Origin: an uncultured Planctomycetia bacterium
Lineage (GTDB): Bacteria > Omnitrophota > Gorgyraeia > Tantalellales > Tantalellaceae
Assembly (NCBI GenBank): GCA_964409365.1
Contig: CAYPCX010000005.1
Location: 1 to 63,221 of the forward strand
Direction: 5' to 3'
DNA length: 63,221 nt
Positions 1 through 6,921 of this stretch are shown in pieces (within the stretch, counting starts at the first letter, position 1; every line of letters starts with the position of its first letter). A model generated the notes under the pieces. That model did no database searches, was not told the origin of the DNA, and saw only the letters and a list, made by a program, of their open reading frames with translations. Position numbers and translations under genes: made by a program.

Positions 1-2
1 TC

Positions 3-623
3 CGCAGGGCATCAGAGAACAGAGAGATCATTATTAAAGGAATAGGCGATGCCATGCGTGAAGCCCAGCTGATGGCCGGACGCATAGACACACTGATAAA
101 TGAAACCGAATCAAAACTGAATGAATGCCATCACGAGGCCAAGACGCTTCTTGACCTTGCAATGAGCGGCACAGTAACCAAAGGCGCCGCGTATAAAACA
201 AAAATGCATGAACTTGATAATATGATCGTGGCTCTGGAAGATAAGCTGACCAAACTCCGGACACAAAAGACCGCCAATGACATGACAGCCAACTCAGGCA
301 ACTACCTGCACGAAACCCTGCAGTTTGCCATGGAGCATCTCGACAAAGCCCCGGCAGATGCCCAGAAAAACCTTATAAAGGCCCTTGTCAAAGAGATCGT
401 AATCCATAAAGAGGTTATAAACATTAAAATGTACCTGGGCGATCCTGAAGAAACCCTGCAGGCCGATATTAACGATTGTAAGCACAATACCGAGCCCATA
501 AAAAAGAACTGCCCTGTTCCGGTAAAACACCAGAACAGGGCAGTAACCAACCAGACGCTTGGTGCGTCTGTTCGTCAACAATGGCTCCCCGGGTTGGATT
601 CGAACCAACAACCTACTGGTTAA
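3..623 (+). CDS. C-terminal part of a probable large serine recombinase (5' end outside the window); its last codons are the antisense of tRNA-Asn
   Basis: The frame is open from base 3 (RRASENREIIIKGIGDAM...). A long coiled-coil is followed by AQKNLIKALVKEIVIHKEVINIKMY, the typical LSR C-terminal pattern. It ends WLPGLDSNQQPTG* inside the tRNA. The catalytic domain is not visible. Confidence 0.6.
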   Translation, partial: RRASENREIIIKGIGDAMREAQLMAGRIDTLINETESKLNECHHEAKTLLDLAMSGTVTKGAAYKTKMHELDNMIVALEDKLTKLRTQKTANDMTANSGNYLHETLQFAMEHLDKAPADAQKNLIKALVKEIVIHKEVINIKMYLGDPEETLQADINDCKHNTEPIKKNCPVPVKHQNRAVTNQTLGASVRQQWLPGLDSNQQPTG

Positions 624-657
624 CAGCCAGTCGCTACTACCATTGAGCTACCGGGGA
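582..657 (-). tRNA. tRNA-Asn (GTT), intact, CCA encoded
   Basis: Reverse complement reads TCCCCGGTAGCTCAATGGTAGTAGCGACTGGCTGTTAACCAGTAGGTTGTTGGTTCGAATCCAACCCGGGGAGCCA (76 nt). Acceptor stem TCCCCGG/CCGGGGA, anticodon arm ACTGG-CTGTTAA-CCAGT, T-loop GGTTCGAATCC. Confidence 0.97.
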
Positions 658-660
658 GCG

Positions 661-903
661 TTATACTTGCAAACCATCCAGAAATTGTCTGCCTTTTCCG
701 GATTTCAAGAACTTCTCACGTTTAATAGCTTCCTTCTTCTCAGGATATCTCTCGCTATACAACAGGACAAAAGGCCTGTTCTGGCTCGTCCAAATGCTAT
801 CCCCCTTATTGTGCTCTTTTAATCTTTCCTCAGGGGTCTTAGAAGTATACCCTATGTACCTTTTGCTATTACGTAAACTCCTTAATACATAAACGTGATA
901 CAT
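661..903 (-). CDS. Stand-alone GIY-YIG nuclease (80 aa), copy 1
   Basis: VYVL...RYIGYT...ERLKEHN...REKFLKSG; the Tyr/Gly/Arg/His/Glu catalytic set of small GIY-YIG proteins is present. Confidence 0.9.
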   Translation of the reverse strand: MYHVYVLRSLRNSKRYIGYTSKTPEERLKEHNKGDSIWTSQNRPFVLLYSERYPEKKEAIKREKFLKSGKGRQFLDGLQV

Positions 904-928
904 TCATTTACTATATACATCGTTTACT

Positions 929-957
929 TTTATAAACCAATACACTTACATTGTCAA
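929..957 (-). promoter_or_regulatory. Sigma70-type promoter of GIY-YIG copy 1
   Basis: TTGACA (957-952), 17-nt spacer, TATAAA (934-929), 25 nt upstream of the ATG at 903. Confidence 0.7.
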
Positions 958-1021
958 CAGCCCCAGCCAGAGGCTGGTCAGCCTTCGGCTGAAGTCGCTA
1001 CTACCATTGAGCTACCGGGGA
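956..1021 (-). pseudogene. tRNA-Asn 5' half with a 30-nt insertion in the anticodon stem
   Basis: TCCCCGGTAGCTCAATGGTAGTAGCGACT + [TCAGCCGAAGGCTGACCAGCCTCTGGCTGG] + GGCTGTT; no T-arm or 3' half follows. Confidence 0.85.
963..992. repeat. Double 15-nt hairpin (REP-like); second copy at 1327-1356
   Basis: CCAGCC-AGA-GGCTGG directly followed by TCAGCC-TTC-GGCTGA. Confidence 0.85.
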
Positions 1022-1024
1022 GCG

Positions 1025-1267
1025 TTATACTTGCAAACCATCCAGAAATTGTCTGCCTTTTCCGGATTTCAAGAACTTCTCACGTTTAATAGCTTCCTTC
1101 TTCTCAGGATATCTCTCGCTATACAACAGGACAAAAGGCCTGTTCTGGCTCGTCCAAATGCTATCCCCCTTATTGTGCTCTTTTAATCTTTCCTCAGGGG
1201 TCTTAGAAGTATACCCTATGTACCTTTTGCTATTACGTAAACTCCTTAATACATAAACGTGATACAT
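1025..1267 (-). CDS. Stand-alone GIY-YIG nuclease (80 aa), copy 2, identical to copy 1
   Basis: Identical translation in the ORF track. Confidence 0.9.
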   Translation of the reverse strand: MYHVYVLRSLRNSKRYIGYTSKTPEERLKEHNKGDSIWTSQNRPFVLLYSERYPEKKEAIKREKFLKSGKGRQFLDGLQV

Positions 1268-1292
1268 TCATTTACTATATACATCGTTTACT

Positions 1293-1321
1293 TTTATAAA
1301 CCAATACACTTACATTGTCAA
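1293..1321 (-). promoter_or_regulatory. Sigma70-type promoter of GIY-YIG copy 2
   Basis: Same TTGACA-N17-TATAAA as 929-957, offset by 364 bp. Confidence 0.7.
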
Positions 1322-1385
1322 CAGCCCCAGCCAGAGGCTGGTCAGCCTTCGGCTGAAGTCGCTACTACCATTGAGCTACCGGGGA
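1320..1385 (-). pseudogene. tRNA-Asn 5' half with the same 30-nt insertion (promoter-proximal copy)
   Basis: Same as 956-1021; sits at the original chromosomal position behind the native promoter. Confidence 0.85.
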
Positions 1386-1416
1386 GCGAAGCATGTATGT
1401 CTTTCAGCGAACTCTA

Positions 1417-1445
1417 ATTATAGAGAATATACCAGACATTGTCAA
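1417..1445 (-). promoter_or_regulatory. Native tRNA-Asn promoter (consensus sigma70)
   Basis: TTGACA (1445-1440), 17-nt spacer, TATAAT (1422-1417), pointing toward the tRNA 5' end at 1385. Confidence 0.8.
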
Positions 1446-1528
1446 TTGTAAAGCCCTGCCGGGATATTTGCGCATTTTCCCCGTTTACACTTGGTATTCT
1501 CCCTTCAAAGCGGTATAATTTTGGTGTT

Positions 1529-3262
1529 ATGCGCTCCCCGGGTCTTAACATCATTACGGACGAACGGTACCGGAAACTCTTCGTTATTTCCGCCATCTTC
1601 ATACTGGGTTTTATTGTCTACGGTAATTCTTTCAGTAATGATTTCGTTTTCGACGATGACACTCAGATCGCGCGCAACACGGGAATAAGGAATTTCGGGA
1701 ATATATCCGGCATTTTCAGGCACAGCCTGACGTATTTTTCCGGCTCCGGCGAAGAAGGTAAGTTCTACAGGCCCCTGCAATCGCTTACATTGATGTGTGA
1801 CTATTCCCGCTGGGGACTCAACCCCCTGGGCTACCACATAACCAACACTCTTTTACACATCCTGGTCGCCGTACTGCTTTTTTTCATCCTGTGTTCCATA
1901 ACCAAAAGTACGCTCGTGGCCGCCCTGGCAAGCCTGCTGTACACGGTCCACCCGGCCAATACGGAAGCGGTTACCTACATATCCGGAAGAGCCGACTCAT
2001 TATCGGCGATCTTTTTACTGCTCATGATCATATTTCAGTACAGGTACTGGCTGAGCGGAGGGCGCAAAAAAGCGGCCTACTATTCCCTGATACTGGCGTC
2101 TTTCATTCTGGCTCTCCTCGGCAAAGAACACGCGGTACTGTTCCCTTTCCTCCTGATATTCTTTGAATATTGCATGCGTGACAGGGAAAAGTATTCAGGA
2201 GTGATCGGTAAAAAACTTCTTTTTTATATCCCGCTTTTCGCGGCGGCCGCTGTCTGGGCTTTAGTCAAGAACAGGATCGCCGTGACCGAGGTGATGATAA
2301 AACACCCGGTGGCGTTAAGGTCCAGATTGATAATGGCGCCCCGGGCGATATTTGATTATGTCCGCCTTACCTTATTTCCCGTGAACCTGCACATGGAATA
2401 CAGGTTCCCCGCTTTCAAGTCGCTATTCGAGCACGGTTATTTTGAGCCGTTCCTCTTTACGGCCCTTCTCCTGCTCCTGGTATGCTTCCTCTGGATAAAA
2501 GGCAGGAAAAGCATTAACTACCGCATCATGTTCTTCGGGGCGGGCTTCTTTCTGATATCGCTCTTTCCTTATTTGAACATAGCTTTTCAGCTGAACGCGC
2601 CGTTCGCGGAACACTGGCTTTATATACCCCAGATGGGCCTGATCCTGCTTATTATCTACGCCCTGTTCTACTCCGCAAGGACAAGCGCGGCGAAAAAAGG
2701 CATGACCTTGCTGTGCATAATAGCTATTTCCGCTTGTTCATACCTGACGATCAGGCAGAACACCGTATGGAAAAACGACTTCACCCTTTCCACCCACATC
2801 ATAAAATATGCACCTTACAGCGCGCACGCGTACAACAATCTTGCCGTCGAATACATCGAACGGGGCGACACTCTCAAGGCGAAGGAGCTTTTTGAAAAAG
2901 CCATTGAAGTGGACCCGTACTACGAGATCGCCAAAGAGAACCTGAGAAAACTGCAGCGTCAAATGGGTGAGACCGCGAAACCCGAAAAAGACGAACAGGT
3001 CTCCCCTGCCCGGGCCCTGAACGAGGAAGGGATCAGACAGGGAAAACTGGGGAACCTCGACGAAGCCATCAGGTTATTCAAGGAAGCCGCCGAACTCGAC
3101 CCGGATTCCGGCGAGACATATAATAATCTGGGATACGCATACTATAAAGCGGGCGACCTCGACCGGGCCGCCGAATATTTCAAAAAGGCGCTCGAGGTCG
3201 ACCCGGACCATGTAAGAGCCCGCCAGAACCTTGATTTCGTCAACAAAGAGATGAAAAGATAA
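1529..3262 (+). CDS. TMTC-like GT-C membrane protein O-mannosyltransferase with C-terminal TPRs
   Basis: NDFVFDD and YRPL motifs, VHPANTEAVTYISGRAD, KEHA, AEHWLYIP, QNTVWKND, then TPR repeats. Start placed at ATG 1529, just after TTGGTA-N17-TATAAT (1491-1519). Confidence 0.8.
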   Translation: MRSPGLNIITDERYRKLFVISAIFILGFIVYGNSFSNDFVFDDDTQIARNTGIRNFGNISGIFRHSLTYFSGSGEEGKFYRPLQSLTLMCDYSRWGLNPLGYHITNTLLHILVAVLLFFILCSITKSTLVAALASLLYTVHPANTEAVTYISGRADSLSAIFLLLMIIFQYRYWLSGGRKKAAYYSLILASFILALLGKEHAVLFPFLLIFFEYCMRDREKYSGVIGKKLLFYIPLFAAAAVWALVKNRIAVTEVMIKHPVALRSRLIMAPRAIFDYVRLTLFPVNLHMEYRFPAFKSLFEHGYFEPFLFTALLLLLVCFLWIKGRKSINYRIMFFGAGFFLISLFPYLNIAFQLNAPFAEHWLYIPQMGLILLIIYALFYSARTSAAKKGMTLLCIIAISACSYLTIRQNTVWKNDFTLSTHIIKYAPYSAHAYNNLAVEYIERGDTLKAKELFEKAIEVDPYYEIAKENLRKLQRQMGETAKPEKDEQVSPARALNEEGIRQGKLGNLDEAIRLFKEAAELDPDSGETYNNLGYAYYKAGDLDRAAEYFKKALEVDPDHVRARQNLDFVNKEMKR

Positions 3263-4437
3263 TGCTTTCCAAACCGAGATATATCGTCCACGTGGACATG
3301 GACGCGTTCTTCGCGTCCGTGGAACAACGCGACGACCCCGCTTACAGGGGAAAACCCGTAATAGTCGGAGCGGACCCCAAGGGCGGAAAAGGCCGGGGTG
3401 TAGTAGCCGCCTGTTCCTACGAAGCGCGGAAGTTCGGCATCCATTCGGCCATGCCGATCTCCACGGCTTACAGGAAATGTCCAAAGGGGATATTCCTTCC
3501 CGTCGATATGAAGAAATACGCCCGGGCTTCTCACAAAGTATTCGACGTATTTGAAAAGTTCACACCGGATATAGAACCGATAAGCATAGACGAGGCCTTT
3601 CTTGACATAACCGGAAGCTGGCGGCTCTTCGGCTCGCCCATCGGGACATGCCGGAAGATCAAGGCAATTATCAAGAAAGAAACGGGCCTGACGGCCTCGA
3701 TAGGCATGGCGCCCAATATGATGACGGCAAAGATAGCTTCTGAAACGGGAAAACCGGACGGGCTGGTCGTAGTAGAAGAAAAAGGCCTTCTCAAATTCCT
3801 TCATCCCTTGCCGGTGGACAGGCTTTGGGGGGTTGGCGAAAAAACACAAAAGGCTCTCCTTGAAATAGGCATAAAGACCATAGGGGCACTTGCCGCTAAA
3901 GGACAGGAAGAACTTATACGCATCTTTGGCAAACACGGCGAGCATATGTGGGAACTCGCCAATGGTATAGACCCGCGGCGGGTAGAGACGGACGAGACCA
4001 TGAAGTCGATAAGCAATGAACATACGTTCGACGCGGACACGAAAAACACGCGAAAGATCGAAGACACCATCATGTGTCTAAGCGAAAAGGTCTCAAGGCG
4101 TCTGAGAAGATCGGGCCTTAAAGGCAAGACGGTCACTCTCAAGATACGTCTCGCGGACTTCAGCACTTACACCCGCTCGATCACCATCGATACTTACACG
4201 AATTTCGTCGACGATATTTACAATAATTCCATGCTCATGGCGGATAAGTTCGCTCTGGAAAGAAAAAAGGTCAGGCTGCTGGGTGTGCGTGTGTCCAATC
4301 TCGTGGAAGGGTCACAACGACGAGACCTTTTTGACGAAGTTTCCGATAGATCCCGGAAGAAGGAAAGCCTCCACAAAGCGCTGGACAAGATCGTTGATAG
4401 ATTCGGGGAACGCGCGATCCACCGCAGGACCGCATAA
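3262..4437 (+). CDS. dinB: DNA polymerase IV (Y family)
   Basis: HVDMDAFFASVE, SYEARKFGIHSAMP, SIDEAFLD, little-finger C-terminus. Confidence 0.95.
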   Translation: MLSKPRYIVHVDMDAFFASVEQRDDPAYRGKPVIVGADPKGGKGRGVVAACSYEARKFGIHSAMPISTAYRKCPKGIFLPVDMKKYARASHKVFDVFEKFTPDIEPISIDEAFLDITGSWRLFGSPIGTCRKIKAIIKKETGLTASIGMAPNMMTAKIASETGKPDGLVVVEEKGLLKFLHPLPVDRLWGVGEKTQKALLEIGIKTIGALAAKGQEELIRIFGKHGEHMWELANGIDPRRVETDETMKSISNEHTFDADTKNTRKIEDTIMCLSEKVSRRLRRSGLKGKTVTLKIRLADFSTYTRSITIDTYTNFVDDIYNNSMLMADKFALERKKVRLLGVRVSNLVEGSQRRDLFDEVSDRSRKKESLHKALDKIVDRFGERAIHRRTA

Positions 4438-4439
4438 TT

Positions 4440-4467
4440 TTTGACTCTTAACTTTTCACTTTTAACT
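4440..4467. repeat. Degenerate heptamer array
   Basis: TTTGACT CTTAACT TTTCACT TTTAACT between the convergent dinB and DJ-1 genes; overlaps the DJ-1 stop codon. Confidence 0.6.
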
Positions 4468-5013
4468 TCTATACAGCATCTGCTCGGCAAGCATACCGGC
4501 TTTCGCCTTACCCACAAGGTTCTCGGCTATCTTAAGAGCGAACGGGAGCGCCGTTCCCGGGCCGCGGCTCGTGATGATATTCCCGTCCTGGACCACCTCA
4601 TCCTTGACATGTTTAACGCTGATATCGAAATTTTTCTCAAGGCCGGGATAGCATGTCGCTTTTTTTCCCTTCAGAACACCCGCGGGACCGAGCACAAGCG
4701 CCGGTGCCGCGCACACCGCGGCTATGACCCTGTTCTCCGAGTCCATCTTCCTGATATAATCTTTCACCATGGCCGACCCGGCCAGGTTCTCGGCACCGGG
4801 CAGGCCTCCCGGGAAAACAAGCGCGTCCGGAAGAGGTTCTCCCCCGTCAAAGACCTTGTCGGTCTTTATGACCGTCCCGCGCGCCGCTTTCACGTGGTCG
4901 CGGTCCAACCCCGCCACGGTCACTTCCACTTCGGCCCTGCGAAGGACATCGATCGGAGCCACGGCTTCCATCTCTTCGAACCCTTCTGCCAGAATGATCA
5001 TCGCCCTTTTCAT
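4462..5013 (-). CDS. DJ-1/PfpI (YajL/ThiJ) family protein deglycase
   Basis: GFEEMEAVAPIDVLRRA, PGGLPGA, AVCAAP nucleophile elbow, ITSRGPGTA. Confidence 0.9.
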   Translation of the reverse strand: MKRAMIILAEGFEEMEAVAPIDVLRRAEVEVTVAGLDRDHVKAARGTVIKTDKVFDGGEPLPDALVFPGGLPGAENLAGSAMVKDYIRKMDSENRVIAAVCAAPALVLGPAGVLKGKKATCYPGLEKNFDISVKHVKDEVVQDGNIITSRGPGTALPFALKIAENLVGKAKAGMLAEQMLYRS

Positions 5014-5780
5014 ATTACCTCCCCGGCGAACTTCACAGATATCCGTACCAGATCCTCTATCCCTTTATCATATTTTTCTCTGTCGGCGGACGAAAGCCCC
5101 TCCCAGAACGGTTTTTCGAGAGGAAGGTCGCTTACGAATACCAGTCCCGCCGCCTTCGTCCCCGTTACCCGAGCCGCCCGGAAAAAAGCGGAAAGTTCCA
5201 TTTCTACGGCCCTGAACCCTTTCTTAGAGACGGCGAGAATATCCTCTTTTCTTTCTTCCGCCATGATGGAACCTATGGTAAAGACCCTGCCTGTCCCGAA
5301 CCCTGCCTTCCCCGGCCGATCCGAAAGGACCTTCTTCAGTCTCTCCGTATACCCGATATCGGCGGATATCACTTCCCCTGAATCCATGACCCGGCCTATG
5401 TCAAAACTCTCGCTATGATACCTGGTAAAACCCTCGCCGTTAAAAGCGCCTTCGCAAACTATGAGATCCCCTATCGAACATCCCTTCAAGCCTCCGCAGG
5501 AACCGGCGAAAAGTAAACCGTCCACGCGGGTCCTTCCGAGAAGAAGCGCCGCCTCGCCCAAAAGACGGTCCCCTATCCCGCAACGTACGACAGCGAACCT
5601 GACCCCGTCTCTCTCGGCAATGATACCGGCATAAAGCGCGCCCCTGAAAGTCTCCAGCACATCGCAATATTTTTTGAACCGCTCTGCCGGAATAAAAGGC
5701 GTCAATATCACCGCCCCGGAGAATACCTGAGGGGCACAGCCAAAATAGTATCCGAAGATCTTCTGTCTGTCTTTATCCAT
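5010..5780 (-). CDS. Nucleoside phosphorylase family (PNP/UDP) protein
   Basis: GSCGGL, GDLIVCEGA, AVEMELSAF, LVFVSD motifs. Confidence 0.75.
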   Translation of the reverse strand: MDKDRQKIFGYYFGCAPQVFSGAVILTPFIPAERFKKYCDVLETFRGALYAGIIAERDGVRFAVVRCGIGDRLLGEAALLLGRTRVDGLLFAGSCGGLKGCSIGDLIVCEGAFNGEGFTRYHSESFDIGRVMDSGEVISADIGYTERLKKVLSDRPGKAGFGTGRVFTIGSIMAEERKEDILAVSKKGFRAVEMELSAFFRAARVTGTKAAGLVFVSDLPLEKPFWEGLSSADREKYDKGIEDLVRISVKFAGEVI

Positions 5781-5792
5781 TACACCTTATAC

Positions 5793-6527
5793 TTAATGCC
5801 GGGGTCTCCGGCATCTTTCACATTCCTTGTCGAGATCGGGATTGGCCCTCCCGCAGTTCCTGCATACCCAGAACCCCTCAGGAGGGTTTTTGATGCGGTG
5901 CTGCATCCTCAGATAAGGTAAGAGCCTGAAATGCGCGAACGCGTAACCCGCTCCCAGAATAAGGACCACCGTGAGCGGCATCAAAAAACCGGGGGGCGTG
6001 ATCACGGGACGCACCCTGTCCAGGTCCATCCCGTAACCTGCCAGGCGTTGTTCGATAAGTTGCCGGGCCGCGGGATACGCTTCCACTCCCGAAGCGCTAA
6101 GACTGCGTATAATAGGCCCCGAGATACGGTACCGGCCCGAATGAAAATCCTTCAACTTGTTAAGATAGCTTTTGTAATATCTGGCGGCGGTCCCATGATC
6201 GCCTTCTTTTTCATAAACAAGCGCTAAGAGAAAATCCGTGCCGAAATATTCGGGCCATACACCGCGTGCCTTCAGGAAAAAAGCTTTGGCCTCTTCCCAG
6301 CGACCGGACGAGAAAGCGTACAGACCGTCCGTAAGGTTGGCGGCAAAAATGTTAATATCGGTCTGTGTCCTTCCGTCCGCGGGTATCCTGTCCACCAGGC
6401 CCTGATTGAGGAAGAACCGTTCAAACGAGAAAAAGTCCCTTTCCCCGTCGGGAAACGCCTCCCGGGGGAAAGAGACCGTCAAAAAAGCAAAAAACAGAAA
6501 AATGAATACGGGTCTGCGTAAAGACAT
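5793..6527 (-). CDS. Hypothetical exported TPR protein with a TM helix and C-terminal RanBP2-type zinc finger
   Basis: Signal-like N-terminus, TPR-like helices, hydrophobic segment, WVCRNCGRANPDLDKECERC. Confidence 0.65.
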   Translation of the reverse strand: MSLRRPVFIFLFFAFLTVSFPREAFPDGERDFFSFERFFLNQGLVDRIPADGRTQTDINIFAANLTDGLYAFSSGRWEEAKAFFLKARGVWPEYFGTDFLLALVYEKEGDHGTAARYYKSYLNKLKDFHSGRYRISGPIIRSLSASGVEAYPAARQLIEQRLAGYGMDLDRVRPVITPPGFLMPLTVVLILGAGYAFAHFRLLPYLRMQHRIKNPPEGFWVCRNCGRANPDLDKECERCRRPRH

Positions 6528-6543
6528 GCCTCGTGCGTGCGGA

Positions 6544-6903
6544 TCACGCGGTACCTTTTATAAGACCAAGGACCTTCTCTATCTCAAAGGGTTTGTATAT
6601 TATTTCGGACGCCTTTTCTTCTATGGCCTTGTGGACCATCTCATCCACGGAATATCCCGTCATCATTATAACGACCGTGTCCGGGCGTATCTTCTTGACC
6701 TCCTTAAGTGTCGCGATGCCGTCCATCTCGGGCATCCTCAGGTCGAGGAAAAGTATATCGAAAGGATTGTTCCTGACCAGCTCTATGGCCTGCGCGCCGC
6801 CGTAACAGCTCTCTGCCTTGAGATCGTTGGCTTTCAATATGTCGCAGAATACATCGGCAAAATCCTTATTGTCGTCGACGATAAGAATCCTGTGCTCTTT
6901 CAT
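6544..6903 (-). CDS. Single-domain response regulator receiver
   Basis: ILIVDDN, FLDLRMPEMDG, MMTGY, YKPF. Confidence 0.9.
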   Translation of the reverse strand: MKEHRILIVDDNKDFADVFCDILKANDLKAESCYGGAQAIELVRNNPFDILFLDLRMPEMDGIATLKEVKKIRPDTVVIMMTGYSVDEMVHKAIEEKASEIIYKPFEIEKVLGLIKGTA

Positions 6904-6921
6904 ACATTTTCTCCGTTCATT

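Larger units (their letters stand above)
629..1356 (-). mobile_element. Two tandem copies of a putative tRNA-targeting minimal GIY-YIG element
   Basis: Each unit carries a tRNA 5' half, its own promoter and one nuclease ORF. The units are AT-rich relative to the flanks and contain no integrase or transposase. Mobility is inferred. Confidence 0.6.
629..1388. repeat. Tandem direct repeat with a 364-bp unit (629-992, 993-1356, plus 32 bp of a third at 1357-1388)
   Basis: AGTCGCTACTACCATTGAGCTACCGGGGAGCG occurs at 629, 993 and 1357. The intervening sequences read identical by eye and encode identical proteins. Confidence 0.95.

Noticed and set aside
956-1021. tRNA with an intron or a split tRNA gene
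   Set aside because: No 3' half follows the insertion, there is no group I core or bulge-helix-bulge motif, and a complete uninterrupted tRNA-Asn is adjacent.
895-1089. 64-aa plus-strand ORF across the repeat junction
   Set aside because: Antisense to the GIY-YIG gene and tRNA half, with no RBS or recognisable motif.
629-1388. 32-bp repeats at regular spacing as a CRISPR array
   Set aside because: The repeats are tRNA-derived, the 'spacers' are 332 bp, identical and protein-coding, and no cas genes are present.
4441-5418. Long plus-strand ORFs opposite real genes (also 7912-9012, 20251-20958, 32861-33742, 49187-50296, 56601-57701)
   Set aside because: Shadow frames of motif-bearing genes on the other strand, as expected at this GC content.
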